A DNA stretch of 64,000 nucleotides from Mobula hypostoma (lineage: Eukaryota): positions 18,106,001 to 18,170,000 of the forward strand of contig NC_086118.1 in assembly GCF_963921235.1 (NCBI RefSeq). Reading direction: 5' to 3'. The notes under the pieces were generated by a model. The model was not told the origin of the DNA. It ran no database searches and saw only the letters and a program-made list of their open reading frames with translations. The first letter of the stretch is position 1; the number at the start of each line of letters is the position of its first letter. Shown piece after piece: positions 27,708 to 39,786 of the stretch. The position numbers were made by a program, and so were the translations under genes.

Positions 27708-29324
27708 CAGTGCCTATAAAAAAAAAGTATTCGCCCCCCCCCCCAGAAGTTTTCATGTTTTATTGTTTTACAACACTGAATCACAGTGGGTTTATTTTGG
27801 CTTTTTTTTAAACACTGATCAACAGAAAACACTCTTTCATGTTAAAGTGTAAACAAATGTCCACAAATTTGTCTAAATTTATTGCAGTTATTAAACGCAA
27901 AATAATTGATTGCATAATTACTCGCCCCCTTCGAATCAGTATTTAGTAGACACACCTTTGGCAACAATTACAGCCTTGAGTCTGTGTGGATAGGTCTCTA
28001 TCAGCTTTGCACATCTGAACACTGCAGTTTTTCCTCATTCTTCTGTACAAAACTGCTCGAGCTCTGTCAGATTTTATGGGGATCGTGAGAGAACAACTCT
28101 TTTCAAGTCCAGCCACAAATTCTCAGTTGGATTGAGGTCTGGACTCTGACTTGGCCACTGCAGGATATTAACTTTGTTGTTTTTAAGCCATTCCTGTGTA
28201 GCTTTGGCTTTATGCTTGGGGTTATAGTCTTGCTGAAAAACAACTCTTCTCCCAGGTTACATTTTTCTTGCAAACTGCATCAGGTTTTCCTCCAGGATTT
28301 CCCTTTATTTTGCTGCATTCATTTTACCCTCTACCCTCACAAGCCTTTCAGGTCCTGCTGCAGTGAAGCATCACCACAGCATAATGCAGCCACCACCATG
28401 CTTCATGGTAGGGATGGTTTGTTTTTGATAATGTGCGGTGTTTGGCTTACGCTAAACATAGTGTTTAGTCTGACGGCCAAAGTGCTCAATTTTGGTTTAA
28501 TCCAACCATAGAACCTTCTTCCAACTGGTTTCTGAACCTCCCACATGCCTTCTGGCAAATTCTAGCTGAGATTTCATGTGACTTTTTTTTCAACATTAGC
28601 TTTCTCTTTGCCACTCTTCCCATAAAGCTGTGACTGGTGAAGCACTTGGGCACGAGTTGTTGTCTGCACAGTCTCCCATCTCAGCCACTCGGCCACCAGA
28701 GTTGTCATAGGTCTTTTGGTGGCATCCCTCACTGGTCCTCTTCTTGCATGGTCATTCAGTTTTTGAGAATGGTCTGCTGTAGGCAGATTTACAGCTGTGC
28801 CATATTCCTCCCATTTCTTGATGATTGACCTAACTGTACTCCAGGGGATATTCAGTGACTTGGAAGTTTCCTTGTATCCATCTCCTGACATGTGTTTTTC
28901 AATAACCTTTTCATGGAGTTGCTTGGAGTGTTCTTTTGACTTCATGGTGTAGTTTTTGCCAGGATACTGACTCACCAGCAGTTGGACCTTCCAGATACGG
29001 GTGTATTTTTATCAATCAAAACACCTTGATTGCACCTTGGACTAATTGTGTGACTTCAAAAACCAAATGGCTGCACCACTGATGATTTGGTGTGTTGTAT
29101 CAACGGAGGTGAATACTTATGCCATCGATTATTTTGTGTTTTATATTTGTAAGTAATTTGGATCTCCTTGTAGAAATCTGTTTTCATTTTCACATGCAAG
29201 AGTCTTTTTCTCTTGATCAATGTCAAAAAAAGCTAAATTAAATCCACTGTGATTGAATGCTGTAAAACAGTAATACATGAAAGCTTCCCCGGGGGTGGGG
29301 GTTGAATGCTTTTTACAGGCACTG
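27708..29324 (-). mobile_element. Full-length Tc1-like transposon (1617 bp), disrupted transposase
   Basis: TA|CAGTGCCT...AGGCACTG|TA termini; long (about 200 bp) imperfect inverted repeats; ORF 28574-28975 KSKEHSKQL..GYK..SKSLNIPWSTVRSIIKKW (paired-like HTH). Inserted into a LINE tail that resumes at 29327. Confidence 0.92.
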
Positions 29325-29804
29325 TATGTCTATTAAATAGTTAAATTAAAATAAGTAGCGCAAAAATAAAACCCAGAAATATAAAAAAAAGTAGTGAGGT
29401 AGTTCATGGGTTCAGTGGCCATATAGAAATCGGACGCTGGAAGGGAAGATGTTGTTCCTGAATTGTTGAGTGTATGTCTTCAGGCTTTTGTACCTCCTTC
29501 CCAATAGTAACAATGGGAACTGTGCATGTCTTGGATGGTGGGATCCTTAATGATTTGTGCCTCCTTCCTAAGGCATCTCTCCTTGTAGATGTTTTAGATA
29601 CTATGGAGACTGGTACTCACAAGTTTCTGAAACTTTCTTTAATCCTGTGCAGCAGAACCCCATGCTAGACAGTGATGCAGCCAGTCAGAATGCTCTCCAC
29701 GGTACATTTGTAGAAGTTTTTGAGTATTTTTGTTGACCAATAAGAATGAAATACAGCCGCTGTCATGCCTCTTTTATACCTGCATCAGCATGTTGCATCC
29801 AGGA

Positions 29805-30295
29805 ATTATGGAATCATGGTAATACAGCAGAGAAACAGGCCATTCGACTTACCATCACCATGCCAGCCAAGATGAATCCATCCATATTAATCCTGACTTC
29901 CACCATTTGGCCTGTAGCCTTCAATGCTGAGGGATTTAAATGCTCTTCCAGACACTTCTTACATATTGCCAGTGACTGCTTCTCTGTTCTGTAAGGCAGT
30001 GTATTCCACTTAGTCAGCAATGTCTGGGTGAAAACAATTTTCTCCTCAGATTCCTGCTAAATCTCTTTCCCTTATCCTAAATCTATATCCTCTGGTTTTA
30101 CCTGCCTATAATACAGGGGAGATTTAACTGCAGTCTACTCTGATCACATCCATCACAATTTCATATATCTCATTCAAGCATCTCTTAACCTTCCCTTTTC
30201 CAGAGTAAATAGGCCAGGTCTCTCCAGTGTCTTCTCATAAATAAAACACTCCCTCTCGGGCAACATCCTTGTGGATCTTCTCTGCATTTTGTCCA
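29805..30295 (-). mobile_element. Decayed CR1 3' end
   Basis: Typical CR1 3'-UTR blocks (acagcagagaaacaggccattcg; caacatccttgtggatcttctctgca). Confidence 0.55.
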
Positions 30296-31207
30296 GTGAT
30301 ATTTTACACAATCATATCCTCAGAGTGAGTTAAGGGAGTTAGCATTTTAGGTCAGACACCTGCCAATGGAATTGGGAAAGAGAAAAACAGTAACTAATTC
30401 ACAGAGAGGATGGCAGGAATGATGGAAAAGATAATGAGAAAATCTGAAGTCGGTTGAGACCAGATCAAAGAGCTTCATGGGATATCAAGAAAGTGACCAT
30501 TCTGCTTTCTCTGTGTCGTGTGCTGGTAATAGTAGGGCTGTCCAGCATGCTTGGCAGTTGACCTGTGCTATTAGAGAGAGGAAAACTGAGCAGAAATCAT
30601 AGATTTACAGCAGGAATAACCAATTCTGATATGGACAAAAAAATGAATTACCCCTAGTTGGAGAATTTGATCTTTATTTCAGAATGCTGCGGCTTAAAAT
30701 TACCTCTTTATTTCAGATTGCCAGCTACTGCAGTTCTTTCGAATTCTATTTTCTGCATCGACTTACTTGCATATCATCAATCACATAATTTTCATTAAAT
30801 TCGTGCAATTGTGTATTTAGTATGTAAATATTTTCAGATTAAAATATTATTTCTTATATTTAGGAAGGGCTTTATCCACACTACAAAAAGTAAATTTATC
30901 ACCAAGATAATCATTTTCATAAGACTCTATTCCACTATCAATGTGTTAACCCAATTGTAAATGATTAAAATTGATTTTGGAAGTTGATACTGTACAAAAA
31001 CATTTGATTTTTTAAATGTATGAAGTCTTCTCCTTTGTAATTTAAACACGCTCACAATATTTACAAATTTCTAATTAATGCCTATAAAGATTCTGGCATA
31101 TGGAAGGAAAGATTAATTTAAAAAGCATCTTTAATGGTGTAATTAGCAGAAATTCATTTACCAAGAGACTTAATTCATTCTGGAAGTGTGGTCAGTTTCT
31201 ATGTATT

Positions 31208-31470
31208 GTTTATTTAGTGATACAACGCAGAGTAGAGGCTTTTCTGACCCTTTTCGAGTCACATTGCCCTAGTAGCACCGGACAAACCTGATTGAATTAC
31301 AGAACAATTTACAATGAACCATTAACCCACCCAGTACATCTTTGATTGTTGATGGAAGCCCAGCACACAAAGAAAACCCATACAGTCCACTGGGAGGAAG
31401 TGTAGACTCCTTACAGACAGTACCGGAATTGAACTCCGAATTCTGGAATGCCCCAAGCTGTAACCATGAC
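31208..31470 (-). mobile_element. SINE copy; related copies at about 55500-55712, 58790-58952 and 59720-59982
   Basis: Shared blocks (acaatgaccaattaacc; gaaacc..gaaaccca; aaactccttacagac; ggaattgaac, whose complement is a B-box-like GTTCAATTCC). The 55500 copy has the V-SINE-like ggtttcctcc..ggtttcctcccacagtccaaa core. Confidence 0.6.
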
Positions 31471-33079
31471 ACCCGAGTTTAGGCAGGATTTGATCCTAAA
31501 CTGATCACAAGACCGTGGTTTGCGCAGGGTATCCTTCTAACTGGAAATTCCTTAATCTTCTGTGCCAATTTAGTCAGTTTATTTGAAAAGTGGTCTGAAA
31601 ATACTGCAGAGTATATCAAAACTCTTAACTATTTCTCTCCACAATTTATTTTTGTAACACTAACACCACAGGTCCAAATTCAAATCTAGTTTTGCTTCTT
31701 CACCATCAAAAGAATAATTTTCAATATTTTTTATGTCACCAAATTTGACATTTATTGTCTCAGTTGTCCTGAAAAAGTGTATTGGAATTTCTTCTAGATA
31801 TGTTCAATTCATGGATATGGCAGTACAGTGATCAAATGACTAAATTGGCTTCTGGAGTTTAAACCATTGATCAAGAGATATGAGTTTTAACAGCAGCGTG
31901 ACAGCTGGAGAATTTAAAATCAATGAGTGAAATAAATGTGGAATTTAAAGCAAAAGGCTGGTCATGGTAACAATAACAATGAAACCGCTGGACTGTCATA
32001 AAAACCCATCTGATAAATTAATATTATTCAGGGAAGGAAATCTGTGGCCCTTACTGTTGTGACCCATCAGCTATTGACCCGTAGCTGTTTCCTCACCTCA
32101 GGGACATTCAAGTTCACATACCATGAACAGATGAAAGAAATAGCCTGCTGCTACACATCAGAGGATTTGACAGAGGGTAATCAGTGAGAGTCAGGAAGAA
32201 TGGGGTAGAGTTCCATTCTGAAGACCATCAGAAAACCATTCTGGGAGGGAAATGTGCTTTTCATACCTGGCTGGATGCGAATCCCACTGTATCTTGGATT
32301 CATAGCAATGTGATTAATGACCATCTGAAATGATCCGGAGTTCCATTCAGTCATGTCAAATTTCAGCAGCTCGAGAAGACGTCAACATCATCTCTAGGAC
32401 AGTTACAAAACAGCAATAAATAATTCTTTGCCCATGTCATGCATATCCTGCAAACTAATTTTAAAAGATGAAATGGTCATATCCTGGTTGGTACTGCTGA
32501 ACAGCTGACTAGATTAAATTCATTGATATATGCCTACACGTTATGTTGCTCATGGTATTAGTCCAACAACTATAAGACTTTCCTTTTAAATTCACAAGAC
32601 GGTATCTACAAGTTATGCTGCCTTTTACTTTTAAAAACTGAGGCATGTTCCCGCATTAACATGACAAGTCACCTGCAAAGAAAACCTAATACCCTTCCTA
32701 AGGTTGCAGCTACCTTCATTTTTATTACACCTCCAACATTGCTGCAAGAAATCTTTGTTGCTTCAGCTTGATAAAAATTCAAAAGGAGCTTTGAAAATAG
32801 TAACCGTATGCTGATAGGGAAATCTCAGTCACAATAAACTGCACAAGTGAACACACCGACTGCCAGCTTGTGTCAAGGGAAGATATGTTGTAATTATCAC
32901 AGTTTCAGAAAGACATCCTGCATATCATTGAACATCAGAAACTTCTGCTGCAACGTATGTTGGAGCAATTACCTGGATCATGATGGATGTCTCGCGTAAT
33001 TTCATTGAAGAGTTTCATAAAATGTCATCATTGACGTCTTAACCTTAAAATTATGTTCTTAAAAACGCTGTTTAAAAAG

Positions 33080-33237
33080 TTTCTCTCCCTCTTACTCCCT
33101 CTCCCTCCCCCTCTCCCTCCCCCTCTCCCTCCCCCTCTCCCTCCCCCTTCCTCTCTCCCTCCCCCTCCCTCTCTCCCTCTCCCTTCCCCTCTCCCTCTCT
33201 CCCTCTCTCCCCCCTCTCTCTCCCTCTCTCTTCCTCT
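33080..33237 (+). repeat. Polypyrimidine microsatellite, (CTCCCT/CCCCCT)n
   Basis: About 155 bp of almost pure C/T. Confidence 0.95.
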
Positions 33238-35586
33238 GCTTTAGAGGATCTTTGAATGTATCCTTCAAAATATATCAAATGCTACTTCTGTATTAAGATG
33301 ACAGGAGAATTATACCTTGCAATGTGTCATGCATTATTGTGCTACTCAGGTGAAACTGTGTTTAAGCTAGCCTGGCCTTTAAAGGCACAAAGTCTAACTG
33401 CTACAAATGAGCAGAGCCCAAGGACATTCAGAATTTAATTATCTGGTCAGGGAACATTGCTGATTGAAATGAGCTTTTGAGCTCTGGACTGTAGCTCAAA
33501 GGCACCAATGTGTTAAGATGGTTTTGCATCTATAAGATATAATAAATACATGTAATGGATCATTAATATTTTATTGTGGTTAGTATTTTATTGTGACTCC
33601 TGTGGTAGTTGAAATTAAATGTAGTCCTCAGGTATTCCAAAATTATGAAATAATGTTGTTTCTGAATGTTACCACTCATGAGGAGAAATGCTGGCAGTTC
33701 TGCATGGAACTGGTGCCATTTATCTGCAAAACCTGGACCAATCAAAGGAAAAAATTGGCTAGGCCACTGACCATAAGGGCATAGAAGATAAGATGAATCC
33801 AAATGACACCTGGAACCTGTGCCACTATGATCATGGCTGGTTGTGATCATTCCTTCCAGTTTCCCATGTCTCTTAACTTTCTAATCAATCAAGCGGAGGC
33901 CGGGGAAGATGGTGGAATGCCCCTTTTGCAGGATGTAGAAAGGCAGGGAGACCTCGACCTCCATTGCACCCGACCACTAGACCTACAAGAAGTGCGTTCA
34001 GCTGCAGCTTGTTACAGACTGTGTTAAGGAATTGGAACTGGAGCTGAAGAAAGCTTCATTAAGGAAGCTGAGGGGTTGATCGACAGGACACGCAGAGCAG
34101 TAGTTACACATGAGTGACCATCAGGAGTGGGAAATGGGATAGGCAGTCAGTGCAGAGCACTCTGTGGCTGTTCCCCACACAAAAAAACAGGTATACTGCT
34201 TTAGATACCATTGGGGGGCAATGGCCTAGCAGAGGGAAGACACAGCGGTCGGGTCTCTGGCACTGAGTTTGGCTTTGTTGCTCAGAAGGGAAGGGGGAGA
34301 AGAGGTGAGCTGCAATAATGGGTGATTCATTGGTCAGGGGAACAGAAGGGAGGTTCTGTTGTTGAGAACCAGATCCCTGGGAGGTATGTTGATTCAAGAG
34401 TGCCACAATTGTAGCCAGAGGTCACGGTCCATATCGGTACCAATCATATGGGTATGAAGGGTGATGATGCAAAGTTAAAGGACAGGACTTTCAGGGCTGT
34501 GATCTCAAGATTACGGCCTGTACCATGTGCTAGTGAGGCCAGAATTAGAAAGATTATACAGTTGTACATGTGGGTAAGGAGATGGTGCAGGGGAAATGTT
34601 TTCAGACTTCCAGGGAAGGTGGGGCTTGTACAGAAGGGATAATTTGCATCTGAACTGGAAGGAGACTAATATCCTTGCAGGAAAGTTTGCTAGTACTGCA
34701 GGAGGATGGGAACCAGAGCATCATAGCAGACAGTGGAGTGGTTGAGGGAAATATGTTGTTAAGCCTACATACAAAGTCAGGAATTGAAAAACTGAGCATA
34801 GTGGGACAAATGTTTCGAGTTGTGTATATTTCAATACACTGAGAATTGTATGAAAGGCGGATGATCTTAGGACATGGACCAGCATATGGAATTATGACAT
34901 TGTCACGATCAGTGAGACTGGTTGCAGGAGGGGCAGGACTAACAACTCAATGTTCCATAGTTCCGTTGATTTAGACATGGTAGAGTAGGAGGAGTGGCAT
35001 TACTAGTCAGGAAAGACATCAGACAGGACAGACTGAAGAGCTTGTCTACTGAGTCCATATGGGTGGAGCTGAGAAATAAGAAAGGAATGACCATGTTAAT
35101 GAGAATACATTATAGACCACGCTGTGGTCCACGGGATTTTGAGAAGCAAATTTGTAGAGAGATCATAGACAGAAATATAAAGTTGTGGTAATAGCTGATA
35201 TTAATTTCCCACATATTTACTAGGACTTCATACCGCAAAAAGGCTGAATGGGAAAGAGTTTGTCAAATGTGTTCAGGAACATCTCCTTAATCAGTACACA
35301 AAGATCCCAACTATAGAAAGTGTGACACTAGATTTCCTGTTAGGGAATGAGACAGGACAGGTGACAGAGGTTTGTGTAGGAGAACACTTTGAACCTAGTG
35401 AACATAATGCCATTAGTTTCATGATAATTATAGAGAAAGGTAGGTCTGGTCCTTGCGTTGAGATTTGAAATTGGAGAAAGTCCAATTTTGGTGGTATCAG
35501 AAAGGATCTGGCAGATGTAATCTGAGACACACATCAAAGTTGCTGGTGAACGCAGCAGGCCAAGTAGCATCTCCAGGAAGAGGTAC

Positions 35587-35622
35587 AGTCGATGTTTCAG
35601 GCCGAGACCCTTCGTCAGGACT
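35587..35622 (-). ncRNA. Second, mutated copy of the Penelope hammerhead motif
   Basis: Reverse complement reads AGTC-CTGACGA-AGGGTCTCGGCCT-GAAAC-ATC-GACT, with two CpG-type changes relative to the 37517 copy. Confidence 0.7.
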
Positions 35623-35809
35623 AACTGAAGGAAGAGCTAGTAAGAGATTTGAAAGTGGGAGGGGGAGGGGGGAGATCCAAAATGATAGGAGAAGACAGGA
35701 GGGGGAGGGACAGAGCCAAGAGCCGGACAGGTGATTGGCAAAAGGGATATGAGAGGATCATGGGACAGGAGGCCCAGGGAGAAGGAAAGGGGGGGGGTGG
35801 AATTCTTAA

Positions 35810-37227
35810 GCTTTTCGCTCTTAAACTTTTCGACGATTTTAAGTTCCCTGGCCCCCACCGCTTTATTTTCACCATGGATGTCCAGTCCCTATATACTTCC
35901 ATCCCCCATCAGGAAGGTCTCAAAGCTCTCTGCTTCTTTTTGGATTCCAGACCTAATCAGTTCCCCTCTACCACCAGTCTGCTCCATCTAGTGGAATTAG
36001 TCCTTACTCTTAATAATTTCTCCTTTGGCTCCTCCCACTTCCTCCAAACTAAAGGTGTAGCTATGGGCACCCATATGGGTCCTAGCTATGCCTGCCTTTT
36101 TGTTGGCTTTGTGGAACAATCTATGTTCCGAACCTATTCTGGTATCTGTCCCCCACTTTTCCTTCGCTACATCGACGACTGCATTGGCGCTGCTTCCTGC
36201 ACACATGCTGAGCTCATTGACTTTATTAACTTTGCCTCCAACTTTCACCCTGCCCTCAAGTTTACCTGGTCCATTTCCGACACCTCCCTCCCCTTTCTAG
36301 ATCTTTCTGTCGCTGTTTCTGGAGACAGCTTATCCACTGATGTCTACCATAAGCCTACTGACTCTCACAGCTATCTGGACTATTCCTCTTCTCACCCTGT
36401 CTCTTGCAAAAACGCCATCCCCTTCTCGCAATTCCTCCGTCTCCGCTGCATCTGCTCTCAGAATGAGGCTTTTCATTCCAGGACAAGGGAGATGTCCTTT
36501 TTTAAAGAAAGAGGCTTCCCTTCCTCCACCATCAACTCTGCTCTCAAACGCATCTCCCCCATTTCACGCACATCTGCTCTCACCCCATCCTCCCGCCGCC
36601 CCGCTAGGAATAGGGTTCCCCTGGTCCTCACCTACCATCCCACCAGCCTCCGGGTCCAACATATTATTCTCCGTAACTTCCGCCACCTCCAACGGGATCC
36701 CACCACTAAGCACATCTTTCCCTCCCCCGCCCCGCCTCTGCAGGGATCGCTCTCTATGCGACTCCCTTGTCCATTCATTCCCCCCATCCCTCCCCACTGA
36801 TCTCCCTCCTGGCACTTATCCTTGTAAGTGGAACAAGTGCTACACATGCCCTTACACTTCCTCCCTTACCACCATTCAGGGTCCCAGACAGTCCTTCCAG
36901 GTGAGGCGACACTTCACCTGTGAGTTGGCTGGGGTGATATACTGCGTCTGGTGCTCCCGATGTGGCCTTCTATATATTGGTGAGGCCTGACGCAGACTGG
37001 GAGACCGTTTTGCTGAACACCTACGCTCTGTCCGCCAGAGAAAGCAGGATCTCCCAGTGGCTACACATTTTAATTCCACATTCCATTCCCACTCTGACAT
37101 GTCTATCCACGGCCTCCTCTACTGTAAAGATGAAGCCACACTCAGGTTGGAGGAACAACACCTTATATTCTGTCTGGGTAGCCTCCAACCTGATGGCATG
37201 AACATTGACTTCTCTAACTTCCGCTAA
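35810..37227 (+). pseudogene. Penelope RT, Cys-rich linker and GIY-YIG endonuclease, with one frameshift (near 36730) and one stop (36988-36990)
   Basis: MDVQSLYTSI, QTKGVAMG, RYIDD (YIDD at 36168-36179), FLD; CKWNKCYTC linker; VIYCVWCSRCGLLYIGE..RFAEH..HFN..EQHLI..GMN; TAA at 37225-37227. Confidence 0.9.
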
Positions 37228-37516
37228 TGCCCCACCTCCCCCTCGGACCGCATCCGTTATTTATTTTTATACACACATTCTTTCTCTCTTTCTCCCTCTG
37301 TCCCTCTGACTATACCCCTTGCCCATCCTCTGGGTTTCCCCGCCCCCCCCTTGTCTTTCTCCCTGGACCTCCTGTCCCATGATCCTCTCATATCCCTTTT
37401 ACCAATCACCTGTCCAGCTCTTGGCTCCATCCCTCCCCCTCCTGTCTTCTCCTATCATTTTGGATTTCCCCCTCCCCCTCCCACTTTCAAATCCCTTACT
37501 ATCTCTTCCTTCAGTT

Positions 37517-37552
37517 AGTCCTGACGAAGGGTCTCGGCCCGAAACGTCGACT
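37517..37552 (+). ncRNA. Minimal type I hammerhead ribozyme motif in the Penelope pseudo-LTR
   Basis: AGTC-CTGACGA-AGGGTCTCGGCCC-GAAAC-GTC-GACT: stem I AGTC/GACT, stem II GGG/CCC, stem III reduced to palindromic ACGT; predicted cleavage after 37548. Confidence 0.8.
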
Positions 37553-38639
37553 GTACCTCTTCCTAGAGATGCTGCCTGGCCTGCTGAGTTCACCAGCAAC
37601 TTTGATGTGTGTTGCTTGAATTTCCAGCATCTGCCGAATTCCTCTTGTTTGCGTTTGTAAACTGGGGCAGGTTGTTTTCTGGAAAAGGCGAACTTGGTAA
37701 GTGGGAGGCTTTCAAAAGTGAAATTTTGGATGTTCCTGTGAAAATGAAAGGCAAGGGTAACAGATTTAGGGAACATTGGTGTTCGAGAGATATTGAGGCC
37801 CAGGTTAAGTAAAAGAAGGAATTGCATAGCAGGTATAGTCAGGAAGGAGCAAATGGGGTACTTGAGAAATATGTGAAATGCGAGAGAACACTTAAGAAGG
37901 AAGTCCAGAAGGCGAAAAGAAATGCGGTTTCTCTAGCAGACAAGGAGAAGCAGAAGCCTATGGGCTTCTACAGATATAATAAGAGCAAAAGAATAGCAAG
38001 GGACAAAAGTGACCTTCTGGGAGATCAGAGTGATCATCTATGCATGAAGCCCAATGAAGTGGGGTGATCTTAAATGGATTTTTTGCATCTGTATTTTCTT
38101 GCGAGACAGACACAGAGTCAATAGAAATAAGGCAAAGCAGCAATGAGGTCATGGTCCATATACAGACTGCAGAGGAGGAGGTGTTCACTGCCTTGAGGCA
38201 AATTAGGGTGATAAATCCCAAAGGCCTGACAAGGTTTTCTTTTGGACCCTGTGGGAGGCTAGGGCAGAAATTGCAAGGGTCCCAGCAAAGATATTGAAAG
38301 AGTCCTTAGCCATGAGTGGGTTTCTGAAGGACTAGAGGATAGTTAATGTTGTTCCATTGTTTAAGAAAGGCTCTAAGATTGAGCCAAGAAATTATAGACT
38401 GGTGAGCCTGATTTCAGTAATAGCTACTATAAATTATTGGAATATATTCTAAGGAACCGAATGTAAAAATACTTGGATAGACAGGAACTGATTAAGGATA
38501 ATCAACATAGCTTTGTGCATAGTAAATTGTACCTGGCCGATCTTATAGAATTGTTTTAAGTAAATTACCAGGTAAGTTGATAAAGTCAAGGCGGTGAATG
38601 TTGTCTGCATGGACTTTAGCAAGACAAAGACTTGGTTTA

Positions 38640-38790
38640 GCACCTTTTCTTAAAGACAGCAGTTGTGACAGTGCACCACGGTGTACTAAATTGGAGTATC
38701 AGCTTAGCTTTCTGTCTCAAAATCTGTAGTAGGATTTGAAACTCTGGCCTCTCAAAGCAGAAGATGACACTACCCAAGCCATGACCAACA
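38640..38790 (-). mobile_element. Decayed DeuSINE-like (AmnSINE1/SacSINE1-type) 5' fragment
   Basis: Resembles the recalled head of this SINE family (gacagtgca..cagc(c)taga..ggatttgaa). Confidence 0.4.
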
Positions 38791-39394
38791 CTAATTTTGT
38801 GTAATGGCTTGAATGTCTTTTACCAATGAAAAGAATTATGATTTTGATATCAAATTTAAATATTAATAGCTGCTAAACAAAGATGCCAGTATATTTATAT
38901 ACTTAGTGTAAACTCTTTGAACTGTAATCTTTTTATCTGTAATATAAATTCATTACTCTTTCAATTGACGTTTGATTAATTATGCATGATCATCTTTATT
39001 TCTTGCACTTGCCTCAGAGAAGACGTGATACACAATTCAATTAACCATTTTCTTTTAACATTGTCTGTTGTCCCTTCTTGTTCCGGTTTCAGTATTCAAT
39101 AATTCACACCTTCTCCCCTCCACTCTAAGCTACAGCCTTGGTTAAGATCTCCCCTTCAGATTCTAAACAGAGAATAAGATCATTGTGAACTTCAAATCAC
39201 TTCTTCAAGCTCTTGAATGTCAGTGCAGGGTTACCATTCTTTGTACAAGTTTTTTTGGTATTCAAACATTTTTGCAATAGGCTTAGGAGCAACTTCTTGG
39301 TATCCATTGAAACACTATTCCATTATGTTCTTGCTACCCTTATTTAACATGGGGCCTGTTCAGAGTTGCACAGATTTGATTTTGATTTTTTATT

Positions 39395-39786
39395 GAATAG
39401 GGGAGATTTGATAGAGATATATAAAATTATGATGGGTATAGATAGAGTGAATGCAAGCAGGCTTTTTCCACTGAGGCAAGGGGAGAAAAAAACCAGAGGA
39501 CATGGGTTAAGGGTGAGGGGGGAAAGGTTTAAAGGGAACATTAGGGGGGCTTCTTCACACAGAGAATGGTGGGAGTATGGAATGAGCTGCGAGACGAGGT
39601 GGTAAATGCGGGTTCTCTTTTAACATTTAAGAATAAATTGGACAGATACATGGATGGGAGGTGTATGGAGGGATATGGTCCGTGTGCAGGTCAGTGGGAC
39701 TAGGCAGAAAATGGTTTGGCACAGCCAAGAAGGGCCAAAAGGCCTGTTTCTGTGCTGTAGTTTTTCTATGGCTTCTATGGTTTCTA
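39395..39786 (+). mobile_element. Young CR1 3' end
   Basis: RGDLIEIYKIMMGIDRV..TRGHGLRV; tail tttctatggcttctatggtttcta. Confidence 0.85.

Larger units (their letters stand above)
35521..37655 (+). mobile_element. Penelope-like retroelement (Neptune-type), 5'-truncated, with inverted pseudo-LTR
   Basis: Inverted arms about 35527-35802 and 37336-37612; RT plus GIY-YIG coding region between them; flanked by TGTAA at 35516-35520 and 37656-37660. Confidence 0.9.
33880..38625 (+). mobile_element. Decayed CR1 LINE split by the Penelope insertion
   Basis: ORF1 and endonuclease remnants before 35520 (ESIWVELRNKKG); continuation at 37656 through RT remnants ending at gtctgcatggactttagcaag. Confidence 0.8.

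Noticed and set aside
31820..32340. Possible ancient SINE (aaaacccatctg..cagggaaggaaatctg)
   Set aside because: Looks repeat-derived, but too decayed to assign family or boundaries without a search.
33053..33278. Pro-rich and Gly/Glu-rich ORFs
   Set aside because: Translation of a microsatellite.
35649..35810. N-terminal part of the 383-aa ORF
   Set aside because: It is read-through of the inverted pseudo-LTR; RT homology begins only near 35810.
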